Source of the DNA: Bacilli bacterium
GTDB lineage: Bacteria; Bacillota_I; Bacilli_A; RF39; UBA660
Reading direction: 5' to 3'
DNA: 64,000 nucleotides
Assembly (NCBI GenBank): GCA_017433415.1
Contig: JAFRHI010000016.1
Coordinates: 2,684-66,683, forward strand
Position numbers and translations under genes: made by a program. This document shows positions 1-10,912 of this stretch, piece by piece (the stretch's first letter is position 1; each line of letters opens with the position of its first letter). The notes under the pieces are model-generated. The model did not search any database, was not told the origin of the DNA, and worked only from the letters and a program-made list of their open reading frames with translations.

Positions 1-488
1 TATGAATATATTATAACACTTCCGACAAATTTCATGCCTCTTTTTTGAAGATCTATTGATATTTTATCAGATAAAGTATTTTTATTTATTATTTCGCTGC
101 TTTTTCTATTTATTGTTTTATTCTTAGTAAATGACCATATATAATTATTAAAACTTCCAAATTCTTCTTGAATGTTTTTAAAGATTTTAGCATTGTTGAT
201 ACTTGCTATTATTTTTCTTTTATTACGAATAATTTTAGTGTTATTCATTAATTCTATTATTTTTTCTTCACCATAAGAAATAATTTTATTTAGATCAAAA
301 TTATCATAGGCAAGTCTAAAATCTTCTCTTTTATTTAATACACACTCCCAAGAAAGCCCAGCTTGAAATGATTCTAATATAAGCATTTCTAAAAGATAAT
401 TATCATCATGACTTGCTCTCCCCCATTCATAATCGTGGTATTTTATATATAAGGGATTATTTAAATTAACCCAAGAGCATCTATTCAC
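1..488 (-). CDS. tag: DNA-3-methyladenine glycosylase I (Tag), C-terminally truncated by the window edge
   Basis: Minus-strand translation [23 protein letters not shown]...QAGLSW...IIRNKRKI...KRGMKFVG aligns along its length with E. coli Tag (MERCGWVSQDPLYIAYHDNEWG...). The GTG start at 486-488 overlaps the stop of the upstream ABC gene. This ORF is absent from the supplied ORF track because it runs off the window. Confidence 0.75.
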   Translation of the reverse strand, partial: MNRCSWVNLNNPLYIKYHDYEWGRASHDDNYLLEMLILESFQAGLSWECVLNKREDFRLAYDNFDLNKIISYGEEKIIELMNNTKIIRNKRKIIASINNAKIFKNIQEEFGSFNNYIWSFTKNKTINRKSSEIINKNTLSDKISIDLQKRGMKFVGSVIIYS

Positions 489-3030
489 TTCTTAAGGCCT
501 CAACAGGATCTTTTTTACTTGCAATTTTGGCAGGAATAAATCCAGCAATTACGGTAAGGAAGACACTTATTATTATAAGTATTATTGCTCCATTTACAGG
601 TAGAACTGAAATATTACTAATATCAACTAGCTTTTTAATTATTATGTTTATTGGAATATTTAGTAATAGTGTTACTAATATGCCTAAAACTCCTGCAGCT
701 AATCCTTCAATTAATGTTTCAGCATTGAATACACGAGAGATGTCCTTTTTACTTGCGCCTATTGCTCTTAAAATACCTATTTCTTTTGTTCTTTCAATTA
801 CAGATATATAAGTTATTATTGCAATCATAATAGATGAAACAATTAAGCTTATGGCAACAAAAGCTATTAAAACACTGCTTATAACATTAACTATTGTTGA
901 AACAGAACTCATCATTATTCCAACAACATCAGTGTATTCAATTTTATCTGCTTCTTTTTTTCCTTCATTATAATTATCTATTATTTTTACTATTTCACTT
1001 TTAGAGTCAAAATCTTTTGGAAAAATGGAAATTGTGTCAGGATTGTCTAGGTCAGAAATTCCAAGTTTAGCCATATTTTCTTGATAAGATGAAGTCATAT
1101 TTTCACTATAGTTTTTCATGAAAGATGCTAATTCTTCTTGAGACATGTTTTGTAATGCCATCATTTGTTCAGGTGTTAAACTTTCAATATTAAATGTTGA
1201 GTCAGTTGAAAATTCTGCGCCGGTAAAGACATTAATATTTTCATTAGCCTTTTGTTCTTTAACAATTTCTTGGTTATTAATTTTTTCAATCAAATGCTTC
1301 ATTAGATCTTGTTGATAACCAACCAAACCATAGGTTCTTCCATTTCCAATGGCTTCAGGATTTGGTTTAATAATACCAACTATTTTTAATTCTTCAGAAT
1401 TGGATATTAATTCTTTCATGTATTCTTCATCATCTTTTTTATTAATCCAAATACCATTTTCTTTTTTATAATAATCAGTGTTTAAAACAAGTTTAAATGA
1501 TAAATTTAATAATTCTTCTGGTGTATATGAGTGTTTTTCAAATGTTACTTCATTACCAGAGGTCATATTATTAAATTGTTCTTTTAAATCATCTTGTGAA
1601 AGAATACCTAGACTATATAATGTATAATCACTTATTTCATTATTTTCACCAATAGTTAATACTAATTCATTATAGTTTTCTGGCCAATGTCCTGCGACTA
1701 ATTCATATTGCTTATGATTTAATTTATCATTATTAATCATTTCCATAAAAACATCATAGTTAGATAACATACCACTATAGATACTTGATATTCCACTAGT
1801 TCCCATACCAATTGTATCAAGTACGGTGGTTGGATTAACTTGGATAATTTTTTCAGGATCATTTTTATAAATATTAAGTGTAACATTATAGCCATATTCA
1901 ATGTCTGTGGTGTATTTTTTAATTTCTTTGTGATTATCTATGTATTTTTTAAAGTTTTTCATATCATTATGTTTTACTTCTTTTGACATTGATTCAAACA
2001 TATCACCCATTATGTTTACGGAATGGATGTTATTATCATTGTATTCTTCTGTTTCTTGATTTCCTGATAATGTTTGAAGCATGGTAGACATATCTACAGA
2101 ATCTTTTTGAATTTGTAATGGATAGGAACTTAGTGTTTCTTCTTCTGTTTTGTCAATAAATAGATTTATACCATGTGATAGTGATAATATCAAGGCAATA
2201 CCTATAATTCCAATTGATCCTGCAAAAGCTGTTAAAAGAGTACGGCCTTTTTTAGTCATTAGATTATTTAATGATAAAGATAATGCTGTTTTGTAACTCA
2301 TTGAAGTTTTTCGATTTTTACTTTTTTTCTTTTCATTTTCTGGTTTTTCTTCAGTATATGGATTGGTATCATCTATTATTTCACCATCACGTAGTTTTAT
2401 TACTCTTGTTGAATAATCTTTAGCTAAATCTGCGTTATGTGTAACCATAATTACCAATCTGTCTTTTGCTATTTCTTTTAATAAATCCATAACTTGAATT
2501 GATGTGGCAGAATCTAGGGCTCCTGTTGGTTCGTCAGCAAGTAAAATATCCGGATCATTTACTAAGGCTCTAGCAATCGCGACGCGTTGCATTTGTCCAC
2601 CAGAAAGTTGGGAAGGTCTTTTATGAATATGATCTTTCAACCCTACTTTATCTAATACTTTTTTAGCCCTTGAACGTCTTTCTTTTTTTGATACACCAGA
2701 TAGTGTTAAGGCAAGTTCGACATTTGCTAGAACTGTTTGATGTGTAATTAGATTATAATTTTGAAAAACAAAACCTACGCGATGATTACGATAAATATCC
2801 CAATCATGATCATTATATTTTTTAGTGCTTATCCCATTAATAATTAAGTCTCCTGAATCATAGTGATCTAATCCACCTATTATATTTAAAAGAGTGGTTT
2901 TTCCAGATCCACTAGGTCCTAAAATTGAAGCAAATTCATTTTCACGAAAGTTTATAGAAACTTTATTTAGGGCTTTTTGGGAAAATCCCTCTGTTTTATA
3001 ACTTTTAGTAATGTTTTTTATCTCTAACAT
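481..3030 (-). CDS. MacB-like ABC transporter with fused ATP-binding and FtsX-type permease domains
   Basis: N-terminus has Walker [10 protein letters not shown], the ABC signature [15 protein letters not shown] and Walker [10 protein letters not shown]-terminus has a long extracytoplasmic domain followed by a 4-TM FtsX-like region. Confidence 0.85.
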   Translation of the reverse strand: MLEIKNITKSYKTEGFSQKALNKVSINFRENEFASILGPSGSGKTTLLNIIGGLDHYDSGDLIINGISTKKYNDHDWDIYRNHRVGFVFQNYNLITHQTVLANVELALTLSGVSKKERRSRAKKVLDKVGLKDHIHKRPSQLSGGQMQRVAIARALVNDPDILLADEPTGALDSATSIQVMDLLKEIAKDRLVIMVTHNADLAKDYSTRVIKLRDGEIIDDTNPYTEEKPENEKKKSKNRKTSMSYKTALSLSLNNLMTKKGRTLLTAFAGSIGIIGIALILSLSHGINLFIDKTEEETLSSYPLQIQKDSVDMSTMLQTLSGNQETEEYNDNNIHSVNIMGDMFESMSKEVKHNDMKNFKKYIDNHKEIKKYTTDIEYGYNVTLNIYKNDPEKIIQVNPTTVLDTIGMGTSGISSIYSGMLSNYDVFMEMINNDKLNHKQYELVAGHWPENYNELVLTIGENNEISDYTLYSLGILSQDDLKEQFNNMTSGNEVTFEKHSYTPEELLNLSFKLVLNTDYYKKENGIWINKKDDEEYMKELISNSEELKIVGIIKPNPEAIGNGRTYGLVGYQQDLMKHLIEKINNQEIVKEQKANENINVFTGAEFSTDSTFNIESLTPEQMMALQNMSQEELASFMKNYSENMTSSYQENMAKLGISDLDNPDTISIFPKDFDSKSEIVKIIDNYNEGKKEADKIEYTDVVGIMMSSVSTIVNVISSVLIAFVAISLIVSSIMIAIITYISVIERTKEIGILRAIGASKKDISRVFNAETLIEGLAAGVLGILVTLLLNIPINIIIKKLVDISNISVLPVNGAIILIIISVFLTVIAGFIPAKIASKKDPVEALRSE

Positions 3031-3075
3031 ATAATTTCTCCTGTCTATATTAAAACAACTGAAAAAGATTAAATC

Positions 3076-4047
3076 TTATTCATTTGTTTTTGTTTCTTGT
3101 TTTTCTTTTTTATTAAATTTTAAACCTTTTTCGGCAAGCTCATCAATAGTAAGTAATTTATTGTTCAAAACAGTATTAAGAGGTATTTTTTGTGCTTCTT
3201 TACCTCTTACTGCTGGGGTTACTAAGTAGATATAGTTTGCTTTTGGTTCAGAAAATTCATAAAGATAATGATCGTCTTCATAAAATACTTCAGGTTGATT
3301 AGTTTCTTCTGCTAGTAAATTGTGCTCTTCTTCTTCTATTTTTGATATAAATTTAAAATCATCATCTTTATATGTACAAAAGTCTGGCTGCTGAATTGTC
3401 TTTGTTGTACCAATATATATGTCATTAACGTTTATTCTATCACACTGATATAGTGTTATTCCATCAGCAGATACTTCTTTATTTTTTAGTTCATATGTAA
3501 TTATATCTCCTGGACTAAATTTTGATATTAGTAATCTATTTTTTAGTTCATTTACTGTCTTTGTTGAATCTTCATTTAATTTCTTTTTTAGCGTTTCTTC
3601 TTCATTAACACTACCTATTTCTATTTCATCTATGCAATATGTATAAACTTTTATGTTTTGATCGGCAAAGTATAACTTGGATTCATTTGCACAATTTTCT
3701 GTTTCAGTTATATTTATTTTTTTATCGAAATTACTTTCCAAGTATTTTTCTGGTACTTTTATGTTAATAATACCAAATAATTTATATTTTATATTTTTTG
3801 ATTTGTATAGTGGTTCAGTGTTGTCTTCTCTTACTTTTCTTTCGGCAGTATACAAAAGACTTGTAAAATTTTCTATTTTTGTTGTTTCATTATATTCTTT
3901 TAGACAAAACATAGGTGTTTCAGCATTACTGATACGTAAATAATCTAAAGTAGCACAAAAAGTACCTATGACTAGGCCAAATATTAATATTTCAATTATA
4001 CTCAATGCAAAATTATTTTTCATCTTATCCCTCTTTATTATACTCAT
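3076..4047 (-). CDS. membrane-anchored secreted protein of unknown function, encoded downstream of the ABC exporter
   Basis: Single N-terminal TM (FALSIIEILIFGLVIGTF) then a hydrophilic domain of about 290 aa with no motif I recognise. Confidence 0.45.
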   Translation of the reverse strand: MSIIKRDKMKNNFALSIIEILIFGLVIGTFCATLDYLRISNAETPMFCLKEYNETTKIENFTSLLYTAERKVREDNTEPLYKSKNIKYKLFGIINIKVPEKYLESNFDKKINITETENCANESKLYFADQNIKVYTYCIDEIEIGSVNEEETLKKKLNEDSTKTVNELKNRLLISKFSPGDIITYELKNKEVSADGITLYQCDRINVNDIYIGTTKTIQQPDFCTYKDDDFKFISKIEEEEHNLLAEETNQPEVFYEDDHYLYEFSEPKANYIYLVTPAVRGKEAQKIPLNTVLNNKLLTIDELAEKGLKFNKKEKQETKTNE

Positions 4048-4097
4048 TATAACAAAAATGCTGTAATTTTTGAAGCTAAAAAGTTAATTTATTTATT

Positions 4098-4790
4098 TTA
4101 GATAAAATATTTTATGATAACTAATACTAAAAGATGTACTGGATAGAAAATATAATAGAAATTTTTAATTTTAGGACCTTCCTTTTTATTATATTTTAGC
4201 AATATTGGAATTGCAAATAATGTTGATACATAATATGGAATGTAGTAGTTAACTAATCTTTCTGTTGTCCAATAATATGTTTTATGTTCTGGTATATGCA
4301 TCCAATAAAGATAAGCAAACAAAATTAAAAAAGATGATATTAAAAGAGCTTTTTTATCTCTAAAGATATAGAAACAAAAGATAAGAATGATTCCTATTTT
4401 CCCATAATCAAAATTGATAAATGAAGTCATAATTGTAGCAATTATTATATATAAGATTCCAATTGTTTTATTTTTATTATAGATTGTTAATCCTAGTAAA
4501 CCAAGAAATAATGTAAAAACAGTATTTAGATACAATTCATCTTTTTGAAAAGCTAGAGAGAATGGTATTTGGCTTATAATTGCTAAAAGTAATAGTCTTA
4601 AAAGATATTTTCTAACATCTTTAGTATGAATATATCCTTCTGTTATTTGAAAAGCAAAGATTGGGAAAGCTAGTCTACCAATATAGCCTAATATTTTTGT
4701 ATGAGGGAACAGTATATGCCCTGTATGATCAATTAACATGCTAATACAAGCTATTATTTTTAAAATAAAACTACTCATATACTTCACCAC
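4098..4790 (-). CDS. TraX family membrane protein
   Basis: N-terminal FILKIIACISMLIDHTGHILFP matches the characteristic TraX family start; the protein is polytopic. Confidence 0.6.
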   Translation of the reverse strand: MVKYMSSFILKIIACISMLIDHTGHILFPHTKILGYIGRLAFPIFAFQITEGYIHTKDVRKYLLRLLLLAIISQIPFSLAFQKDELYLNTVFTLFLGLLGLTIYNKNKTIGILYIIIATIMTSFINFDYGKIGIILIFCFYIFRDKKALLISSFLILFAYLYWMHIPEHKTYYWTTERLVNYYIPYYVSTLFAIPILLKYNKKEGPKIKNFYYIFYPVHLLVLVIIKYFI

Positions 4791-4822
4791 TTTTTTGTTT
4801 TTAAAAGAGGAATAATATTCCT

Positions 4823-5467
4823 CTATACTCTCTCATTTGTATACATATATAGTGCAATTAGAAAATTAGAAATTAAAATACCACCTATGATATCAGTAAA
4901 CCAGTGTACTCCAGATAGAAGACGACCTACAACGATTACTATCATAATAAGCCAGGTTATTATATTTACTAGCTTATTAATATTTTTATTGGCAAAATAG
5001 TACTTACTTATTAGTAATGATGATGCACAAATGGTAATTGCTAATACTGTATGGGAAGATGGATATGATGCTTCTAATACTCCTTCTAACATTATTGGGC
5101 GATAATTAATTATAACTTTTTCAAAAAAGATGTAGCAAAGTCCAATTAAAATATAAAAGCATCCTAGGATAATTAATCTTTTATCTACTTTTTTTAATGA
5201 TTTTGATTTTACTAATTGCATTAGTCCATTAATCCCATAATAGGCAACTAATAAGAATGGTAATAGCCCTAAATATTTTGTTATTTTATACCATATGTCA
5301 TTATATCCTATTAGGTTATGAAAATAGTTATTAATAGTACTAAATCCTACTTTTGACATCATAGGCCCGATAACATTAACATCTACTGTTTTTACTATGA
5401 CTGTATATAGCAATGCCAGTATAAATGTTATTATGACTAAAATTAATGATTTGTTTTTTCTTTTCAT
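4823..5467 (-). CDS. PAP2 family phosphatase (membrane)
   Basis: PAP2 motifs YPSSHT (PSGH-like) and SGVHWFTDIIGG (SRx5Hx3D-like) on a polytopic membrane protein. Confidence 0.6.
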   Translation of the reverse strand: MKRKNKSLILVIITFILALLYTVIVKTVDVNVIGPMMSKVGFSTINNYFHNLIGYNDIWYKITKYLGLLPFLLVAYYGINGLMQLVKSKSLKKVDKRLIILGCFYILIGLCYIFFEKVIINYRPIMLEGVLEASYPSSHTVLAITICASSLLISKYYFANKNINKLVNIITWLIMIVIVVGRLLSGVHWFTDIIGGILISNFLIALYMYTNERV

Positions 5468-5578
5468 ATAATTACCTCACATTCTAATTTAGATTATCAT
5501 ATATTTTATTTTTAAGCAATTAATAATCCTTTTAAATTTAATTTATTATTGATATAATATTATTAATTGGAGGTATTT

Positions 5579-7111
5579 ATGTTAAAAGATAATAAAGTTT
5601 TAATCGGAAAAAGTGATGATAAAGAATTAGCAATTTTGCTTGATAAAGCAAATAGACATGGATTAATTACTGGAGCTAGTGGTTCTGGTAAAACTATTAC
5701 ATTAAAGGTTATGGCTGAAAGTTTTTCTGATGCTGGTGTTCCAGTTTTTCTTGCTGATGTTAAAGGTGATATTGCTGGTACTGCTCTTGCTGGTGAGGCT
5801 AGTGAAAGTTTAGCAAAAAGGATTGATAAATTAAAAATAAAAGAATTTGAATATAAGAGTTTTCCAGTTTGTTTTTGGGATATTTTTGGAGAATATGGAC
5901 ATCCTATTAGAACTACTTTAGATTCTGTAGGACCTGAAATTCTTTCAATGATGTTAGGTCTTTCTGAGACGCAAGAAGGAGTTTTAGCTATTGTTTATAA
6001 AATTGCTCAGGATAATGATTGGAATTTGGATGATATTAAAGATTTACGTTTATTATTACAGTATGTTGGTGATAATAAAAATGATTTTATTACTAAATAT
6101 GGTAATATTACAGCTCAAAGTGTAGGTGTTATTCAAAGGTGTTTGTTAACTTTAGAAAATCAAGGTGCTGATAAGTTTTTTGGACAACCAGAATTAGATA
6201 TTAATGATTTTATTCGTACAGATAACCAAGGGAAAGGTATTATTAACATTTTACATGCTGTTGAATTGTTTCAAAGTCCTGACTTATATGCATCTTTCTT
6301 ATTATGGCTTTTAACTAACCTATTCAATCATCAACCAGAAGTTGGTGACTTGGATAAACCACGTATAGTTTTCTTCTTCGATGAAGCACATTTATTATTT
6401 AATGGTATGCCAAATTATCGTTTAAAGCAAATTACGCAAGTTGTAAAATTAATTAGATCTCGTGGAATTGGTTTGTATTTTATTTCTCAAAGTCCTTCTG
6501 ATATTCCAGATGAGGTGATTGCTCAATTAGGTAATCGTGTTCAACATACATTACGTGCTTATACTCCTAGTGAACAGAAAGTTGTAAAAGCAGCAGCTGA
6601 TGCCTTTAGAACAAATCCGAATTTTAATACTGCACAGGCAATTATGGAGTTAGGCACAGGAGAAGCATTAGTTTCTTTTCAAAATGAAAAAGGTGAACCA
6701 GAAATAGTCGAAAAAGCTATTATTTTACCACCTCAAAGCAAGATGGGAGTTATTGATGATATAAGCAGAAATAAAGTTATTAACTCCTCTACTCTAGTTG
6801 GAAAATATGATGAGATGGTTGAGCGAGATTCTGCATATGAAGAATTAGATAAAATGATTAAAGAAAAAATTAAAATGAAAGAAGCTGAAAGAAAACAAAA
6901 AGAAGAAGAAAAAGCTGCTTTAGCAAAAGAGAAAGAAGCTGCTAAGAAACAAAGAGAAGAAGAAAAAAAGAAACGTGAGGAAGAACGTGCTAAGAAGAAT
7001 GATCCAGTAGAAAAATTAAAGAAAAAAGCTACTAATAAAGTAGTAAATAAAGTATTGGATAAAGCTATTAATAAAGGATTAAATACTGTATTTAAAAATA
7101 TATTCAAATAA
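5579..7111 (+). CDS. DUF853 / HerA-like P-loop NTPase (YjgR-like) with a Lys/Glu-rich C-terminal tail
   Basis: Walker A GASGSGKTIT and Walker B-like IVFFFDEAH. The start was moved to MLKDNK, which follows GGAGG. The final ~90 aa are low-complexity KE-rich. Confidence 0.65.
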   Translation: MLKDNKVLIGKSDDKELAILLDKANRHGLITGASGSGKTITLKVMAESFSDAGVPVFLADVKGDIAGTALAGEASESLAKRIDKLKIKEFEYKSFPVCFWDIFGEYGHPIRTTLDSVGPEILSMMLGLSETQEGVLAIVYKIAQDNDWNLDDIKDLRLLLQYVGDNKNDFITKYGNITAQSVGVIQRCLLTLENQGADKFFGQPELDINDFIRTDNQGKGIINILHAVELFQSPDLYASFLLWLLTNLFNHQPEVGDLDKPRIVFFFDEAHLLFNGMPNYRLKQITQVVKLIRSRGIGLYFISQSPSDIPDEVIAQLGNRVQHTLRAYTPSEQKVVKAAADAFRTNPNFNTAQAIMELGTGEALVSFQNEKGEPEIVEKAIILPPQSKMGVIDDISRNKVINSSTLVGKYDEMVERDSAYEELDKMIKEKIKMKEAERKQKEEEKAALAKEKEAAKKQREEEKKKREEERAKKNDPVEKLKKKATNKVVNKVLDKAINKGLNTVFKNIFK

Positions 7112-7120
7112 AAATCAGGA

Positions 7121-7723
7121 TTATTTTCCTGATTTTTTCTTTTTTAATTCAAGTGGAATATCTTTTGAAAAATACCACATTAATATTGATCCTATAAAGT
7201 TACCAATTATACAAATAATAATTGATGAATGGAAAGTTCTTGCTACTCCCATGGTAACAATATTTGCAATACAGTGTTGAAAACCACAGAATATAAATAA
7301 GGGAATACCATATATTATACCTAAGGCTGTTCCTTTTTTATACATGAATACAGCAATATACATGATAATACCGCATAAAATTGATTTTATAAAGAAAGCT
7401 ATTGATATATCCCAAGTTGCTACTTTTGCTATGGCATTTTTGTATACTTCTACATCAGTTATTGAATATGCTAATCCCATTAAGTATCCAGCTAGTAAGT
7501 TTATTACTAGTATTATTAGTAATGTAGTCCATTTCATTTTATCAGCAAAGAAGAAACCACATTTACCAGTAAATAGATTTTGCCCCATATAGCAAACTCC
7601 TAATAATCCTAAAGCAAAGATTACTGGTCCTATGGGGTTACCTAATTTTAATAAAGCATAATTTCCTAATGATATTAAAATTGCTGCGCCAACACTTTTA
7701 TTAATTAATTCTTTTTTATTCAT
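7121..7723 (-). CDS. small polytopic membrane protein, possibly formate/nitrite transporter (FNT)-like
   Basis: GQNLFTG resembles FNT signature 1 (G-x-[DE]-L-[FI]-T-G) and HCIANIV loosely resembles FNT signature 2. At 200 aa it is shorter than canonical FNT proteins. Confidence 0.35.
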   Translation of the reverse strand: MNKKELINKSVGAAILISLGNYALLKLGNPIGPVIFALGLLGVCYMGQNLFTGKCGFFFADKMKWTTLLIILVINLLAGYLMGLAYSITDVEVYKNAIAKVATWDISIAFFIKSILCGIIMYIAVFMYKKGTALGIIYGIPLFIFCGFQHCIANIVTMGVARTFHSSIIICIIGNFIGSILMWYFSKDIPLELKKKKSGK

Positions 7724-7836
7724 ATTATACCTCCTACTACATTATACATTTTATTTTTTATTACGTAAACAACATAATTTTTGCAACAAGTATATTTACT
7801 TAATAATTATTTTAATTTATATTTATAATAGGTGGT

Positions 7837-8412
7837 TTGATGAACACTAAAGAATATTTTATATTTATAGTTTTATTTACAATTGTATATATAATTTTTT
7901 TTGTTATATATGATTATATTACTAAAAAAATGACTAAAGGCAAATTAAAAAAAGATTCTTTAGCACGAATAAATATTAATGATTATTATGTTTTTTCTGA
8001 TTTTTATAAAATAACAAAATCTGCTGTTACACTTGATACTATTAAAAGTATATATGATTATATTCTAATTAATGATCCTAAAAAAATTTCTGAAATTTCT
8101 AGTTCTTTTAATATTGATAATTATGAAACTTTAGTTATTTATCTTTATTTAGAATATATATCTTTACTTCAACGAAAAGCATTTGATATTACTAATGATT
8201 TGATAGTTTCACTTAATCGTAGTGAAGAAATGCTAGTTAATAAGTATTTATATTATTTTTGTTCAAAGAGTAGTTATCAAGATATTGTGAAGATGTTTGG
8301 AAATACAATAGCAGATGATTTAGAGTATTTAAATAGTAAGTATTTATTACCTGGTATTATATTTTCTAATTCAATGCTTTATTATGTAGGTGATTATAAT
8401 GAAGAAAGGTAG
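7837..8412 (+). CDS. hypothetical protein with N-terminal TM
   Basis: ORF with an N-terminal hydrophobic helix; no recognisable motif. Confidence 0.35.
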   Translation: MMNTKEYFIFIVLFTIVYIIFFVIYDYITKKMTKGKLKKDSLARININDYYVFSDFYKITKSAVTLDTIKSIYDYILINDPKKISEISSSFNIDNYETLVIYLYLEYISLLQRKAFDITNDLIVSLNRSEEMLVNKYLYYFCSKSSYQDIVKMFGNTIADDLEYLNSKYLLPGIIFSNSMLYYVGDYNEER

Positions 8413-9271
8413 AATATTTTTATATTTCTTTTTAGTATTAGTAATTACTCTATTTAATTTTTATTTTAGACCAGTTGAAAGTAATCCAAAATTAACTGAT
8501 GATTATCGAAATAGTAATTCATTTGTCAATAATTTATATGTTAGTGATGAGATATTTAAAAAAGCTTTATTAAAGACTGAAGACTATTATTTTTACGAGA
8601 GTGTTTTAAAAGGGATCAGTGAAGGTAAAGATTCAATTACAATTAAATGCGATGAAAGTGATAATTGCTCTAGCCTATTACAGCCTACTGTTGAAGCAAT
8701 TATGCTTGATCATCCTGAGCTTCTTAATTTTCAGGTTATGGCTACTGGAACACAAAAGGATGGTTATTTTATTTATAATAATATTAGTACTTTAGGACCT
8801 ATTCAGTATAAATTAGGTACATTAAGAATTGAAAGAATAATTAATAATATCAGAAAAGATACTAAAAATATGTCTGATCAAGAAAAAATTATTTATGTTT
8901 ATAATTATGTTGCTTCACATGATTATGATTATGCTTTTACTTTTACAGGTTCTAACCAATCAGCTTATAGTTTTTTTACTAAGAAAAGCTCAGTTTGTGC
9001 TGGTTTTGCGAAGAGTTCGCAGCTCATTTTCCAAAATATTGGTATTAGTTCTTATCTTGTTACTGGCTATGATCATATGTGGAATTATGTGGAATATGAA
9101 GGGAAATACTATGTGTTTGATGCTACTGTTGGTGCATCTCATTATGATAAATCAATATCTAGATATTATGATGGTCTTGGGGAAACAACTGTTGGAGAAA
9201 TAGTGGGAAATTATAGTGAGTTGTATCCTAAAATAGAAAAAGAAAAATTACGAGATATATTTGAATTGTGA
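8390..9271 (+). CDS. transglutaminase-like cysteine protease domain protein (secreted or membrane-anchored)
   Basis: N-terminal TM or signal sequence. C-terminal C...H...D triad context: SVCAGFAKSSQ...YDHMWNYVEY...YVFDATVG. Confidence 0.55.
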   Translation: MIIMKKGRIFLYFFLVLVITLFNFYFRPVESNPKLTDDYRNSNSFVNNLYVSDEIFKKALLKTEDYYFYESVLKGISEGKDSITIKCDESDNCSSLLQPTVEAIMLDHPELLNFQVMATGTQKDGYFIYNNISTLGPIQYKLGTLRIERIINNIRKDTKNMSDQEKIIYVYNYVASHDYDYAFTFTGSNQSAYSFFTKKSSVCAGFAKSSQLIFQNIGISSYLVTGYDHMWNYVEYEGKYYVFDATVGASHYDKSISRYYDGLGETTVGEIVGNYSELYPKIEKEKLRDIFEL

Positions 9272-9280
9272 GGGAATGAT

Positions 9281-10048
9281 ATGGAGCAAATTTCAAAGTT
9301 TTGGTGGATTAAACAATATATTGAAGAGAAAGGATATGATGTTGGACATTCTTTACTTTCTTTTGGTCATATTATGTGGTTAATATGTATTACATTAGGG
9401 ATAATTGTTTTTATTAAAAGTTATAATAAGGCTGATGATGATGAGAAAATTTTACTAAAAAAGTATTTAGCTATTATTATATTTATATTAGAATATGTTA
9501 AAATAATTATTGTTAGTTTTATATTTCCTAATTATGCTAAAATGTATGTTCCTTTGCACTTATGTAGTTTTGCAGGATTAGCTATTATCTTAGAAGCTGG
9601 TTTTGGAAGAAAAAAAATTATTGATCAAATGTGGCTATATGTTTTTTTACCAAGCGGTTTGATTGGCCTATTATCCCCTAGTATTTCTGTACCATTTAAT
9701 AATTTTTTTACACTTCATACTTATTTATTTCACGGAATACTTGTTTTATATGCTTTTATTAAAATTATACCTGAAAAAACCAAAGCTTCTTATAAAGGGT
9801 TGTTACAGTCTAGTTTTATACTTTTATGTCTTGGAATACCAATCTATTTTTTAAACAAATGGTTTGGTACTAATTATTTTATAATTTCAGAACCAAGTGA
9901 TTTTCCTATTGCGAGGGTTTTTTGGGATTTTTTAACTCCTAAATTTGGTGAATTAGGATATGCTATTGGAGTTTTCCTATTTGCATTTTTAATTTTTAAT
10001 ATAATATATTTTATTTTATTCTTAGTTCAAAGAATGAAAAAGAAGTAG
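9281..10048 (+). CDS. polytopic integral membrane protein (YwaF/TIGR02206-like?)
   Basis: Six to seven predicted TM helices; family assignment is uncertain. Confidence 0.4.
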   Translation: MEQISKFWWIKQYIEEKGYDVGHSLLSFGHIMWLICITLGIIVFIKSYNKADDDEKILLKKYLAIIIFILEYVKIIIVSFIFPNYAKMYVPLHLCSFAGLAIILEAGFGRKKIIDQMWLYVFLPSGLIGLLSPSISVPFNNFFTLHTYLFHGILVLYAFIKIIPEKTKASYKGLLQSSFILLCLGIPIYFLNKWFGTNYFIISEPSDFPIARVFWDFLTPKFGELGYAIGVFLFAFLIFNIIYFILFLVQRMKKK

Positions 10049-10084
10049 TTTTCTACTTCTTTTTTTATAGTTTTTAGAATAATA

Positions 10085-10822
10085 TTAATTTTTTAAATAA
10101 GTGTGTACCACTAGACGCTTATCATCTCCAGATGTACAAGTAGATAGTGTCAAAATTTTACTGTTTTCATTTAATCTACTTGGCAATTCAATAATACTTC
10201 TTTCTTTTATTGTTTTTAAAAATTCATTATAGTCATTATTTTGAAACTCAGTATTTATATAAAATCCTTCTGGTTCTGTTTCATATATTGAAAATATTTG
10301 ATAATTATATTCTTGTGAACCTATAAAGAATTTTATAATTAAATTATCCTTGTTTTTATACCAATTTTTTTCTTTGACTTTTTTTAATGTTCCAAACATT
10401 GAACCATTTAATCTATTGTGAGCATATAATATAATATTTTTATCTGTACCATCTAATTTGTTACGGTAATCAGCAAAGACCCAACCAGCTTTTGAGTACT
10501 CATCATATATATTATGTGTTAAATAATAGTCATTATCATCATATTGGACTACTGGATAATCAATATTTGTATTATTTATAATAATATAACCAAAAGCATT
10601 TTCACTGATTGTTTTTAATTTTTCTTCATCTACTATAATTTCATCTTTTTCTATTTTTATAACTTCATCTTTTATTTTTTCTGTTATAGTAGAATTGTTT
10701 TTGTTTTCTATATGCCACCTTACTATTTTAAAACTACTATATATAAATAAAGATATACAGATAATTAGTAATGGAATGGCAGCTTGTTTTTTCAACCGTA
10801 CTACTTTCTTTTTTCTTTTCAT
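10085..10822 (-). CDS. srtB: class B sortase
   Basis: N-terminal TM anchor, the LYAHNRLNGSMFG histidine region and the TLSTC catalytic-Cys motif. The length of about 245 aa is typical for SrtB. Confidence 0.8.
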   Translation of the reverse strand: MKRKKKVVRLKKQAAIPLLIICISLFIYSSFKIVRWHIENKNNSTITEKIKDEVIKIEKDEIIVDEEKLKTISENAFGYIIINNTNIDYPVVQYDDNDYYLTHNIYDEYSKAGWVFADYRNKLDGTDKNIILYAHNRLNGSMFGTLKKVKEKNWYKNKDNLIIKFFIGSQEYNYQIFSIYETEPEGFYINTEFQNNDYNEFLKTIKERSIIELPSRLNENSKILTLSTCTSGDDKRLVVHTYLKN

Positions 10823-10869
10823 ATTCTTGCTCCAATATTATATTACTCTATTTATAATATAACGCAAAA

Positions 10870-10912
10870 GTGGCATTTTTTCAATTGAAAAGAGAGAATT
10901 ACTTCTCTCTAA
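10870..10912 (-). terminator. hairpin plus U-tract (probable attenuating terminator) between the SrtB-substrate gene and srtB
   Basis: AGAGAGAATTACTTCTCTCT is a perfect 8-bp stem at 10891-10910, followed on the minus strand by UUUUCAAUUG. Confidence 0.45.

Noticed and set aside
527-811. Short antisense ORFs embedded in larger genes (527-811, 3677-3943, 6733-7107, 7344-7592, 8895-9203, 9663-9854, 11938-12144, 12398-12697, 15732-15968, 18175-18372, 20344-20553, 24829-25011, 26686-26901, 27277-27498, 28337-28624, 30999-31863, 32931-33125, 33446-33682, 34178-34366, 36606-37217, 40099-40359, 42494-42751, 46132-46356, 46767-46949, 48629-48910, 49461-49754, 51673-51873, 53412-53654, 54296-54598, 55783-55995, 56620-56880, 58045-58489, 59272-59481, 59975-60241, 61412-61627, 62990-63319)
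   Set aside because: All lie wholly inside, or antisense to, longer ORFs that have clear family motifs. Their products are low-complexity or hydrophobic, which is the expected result of AT-rich antisense translation.
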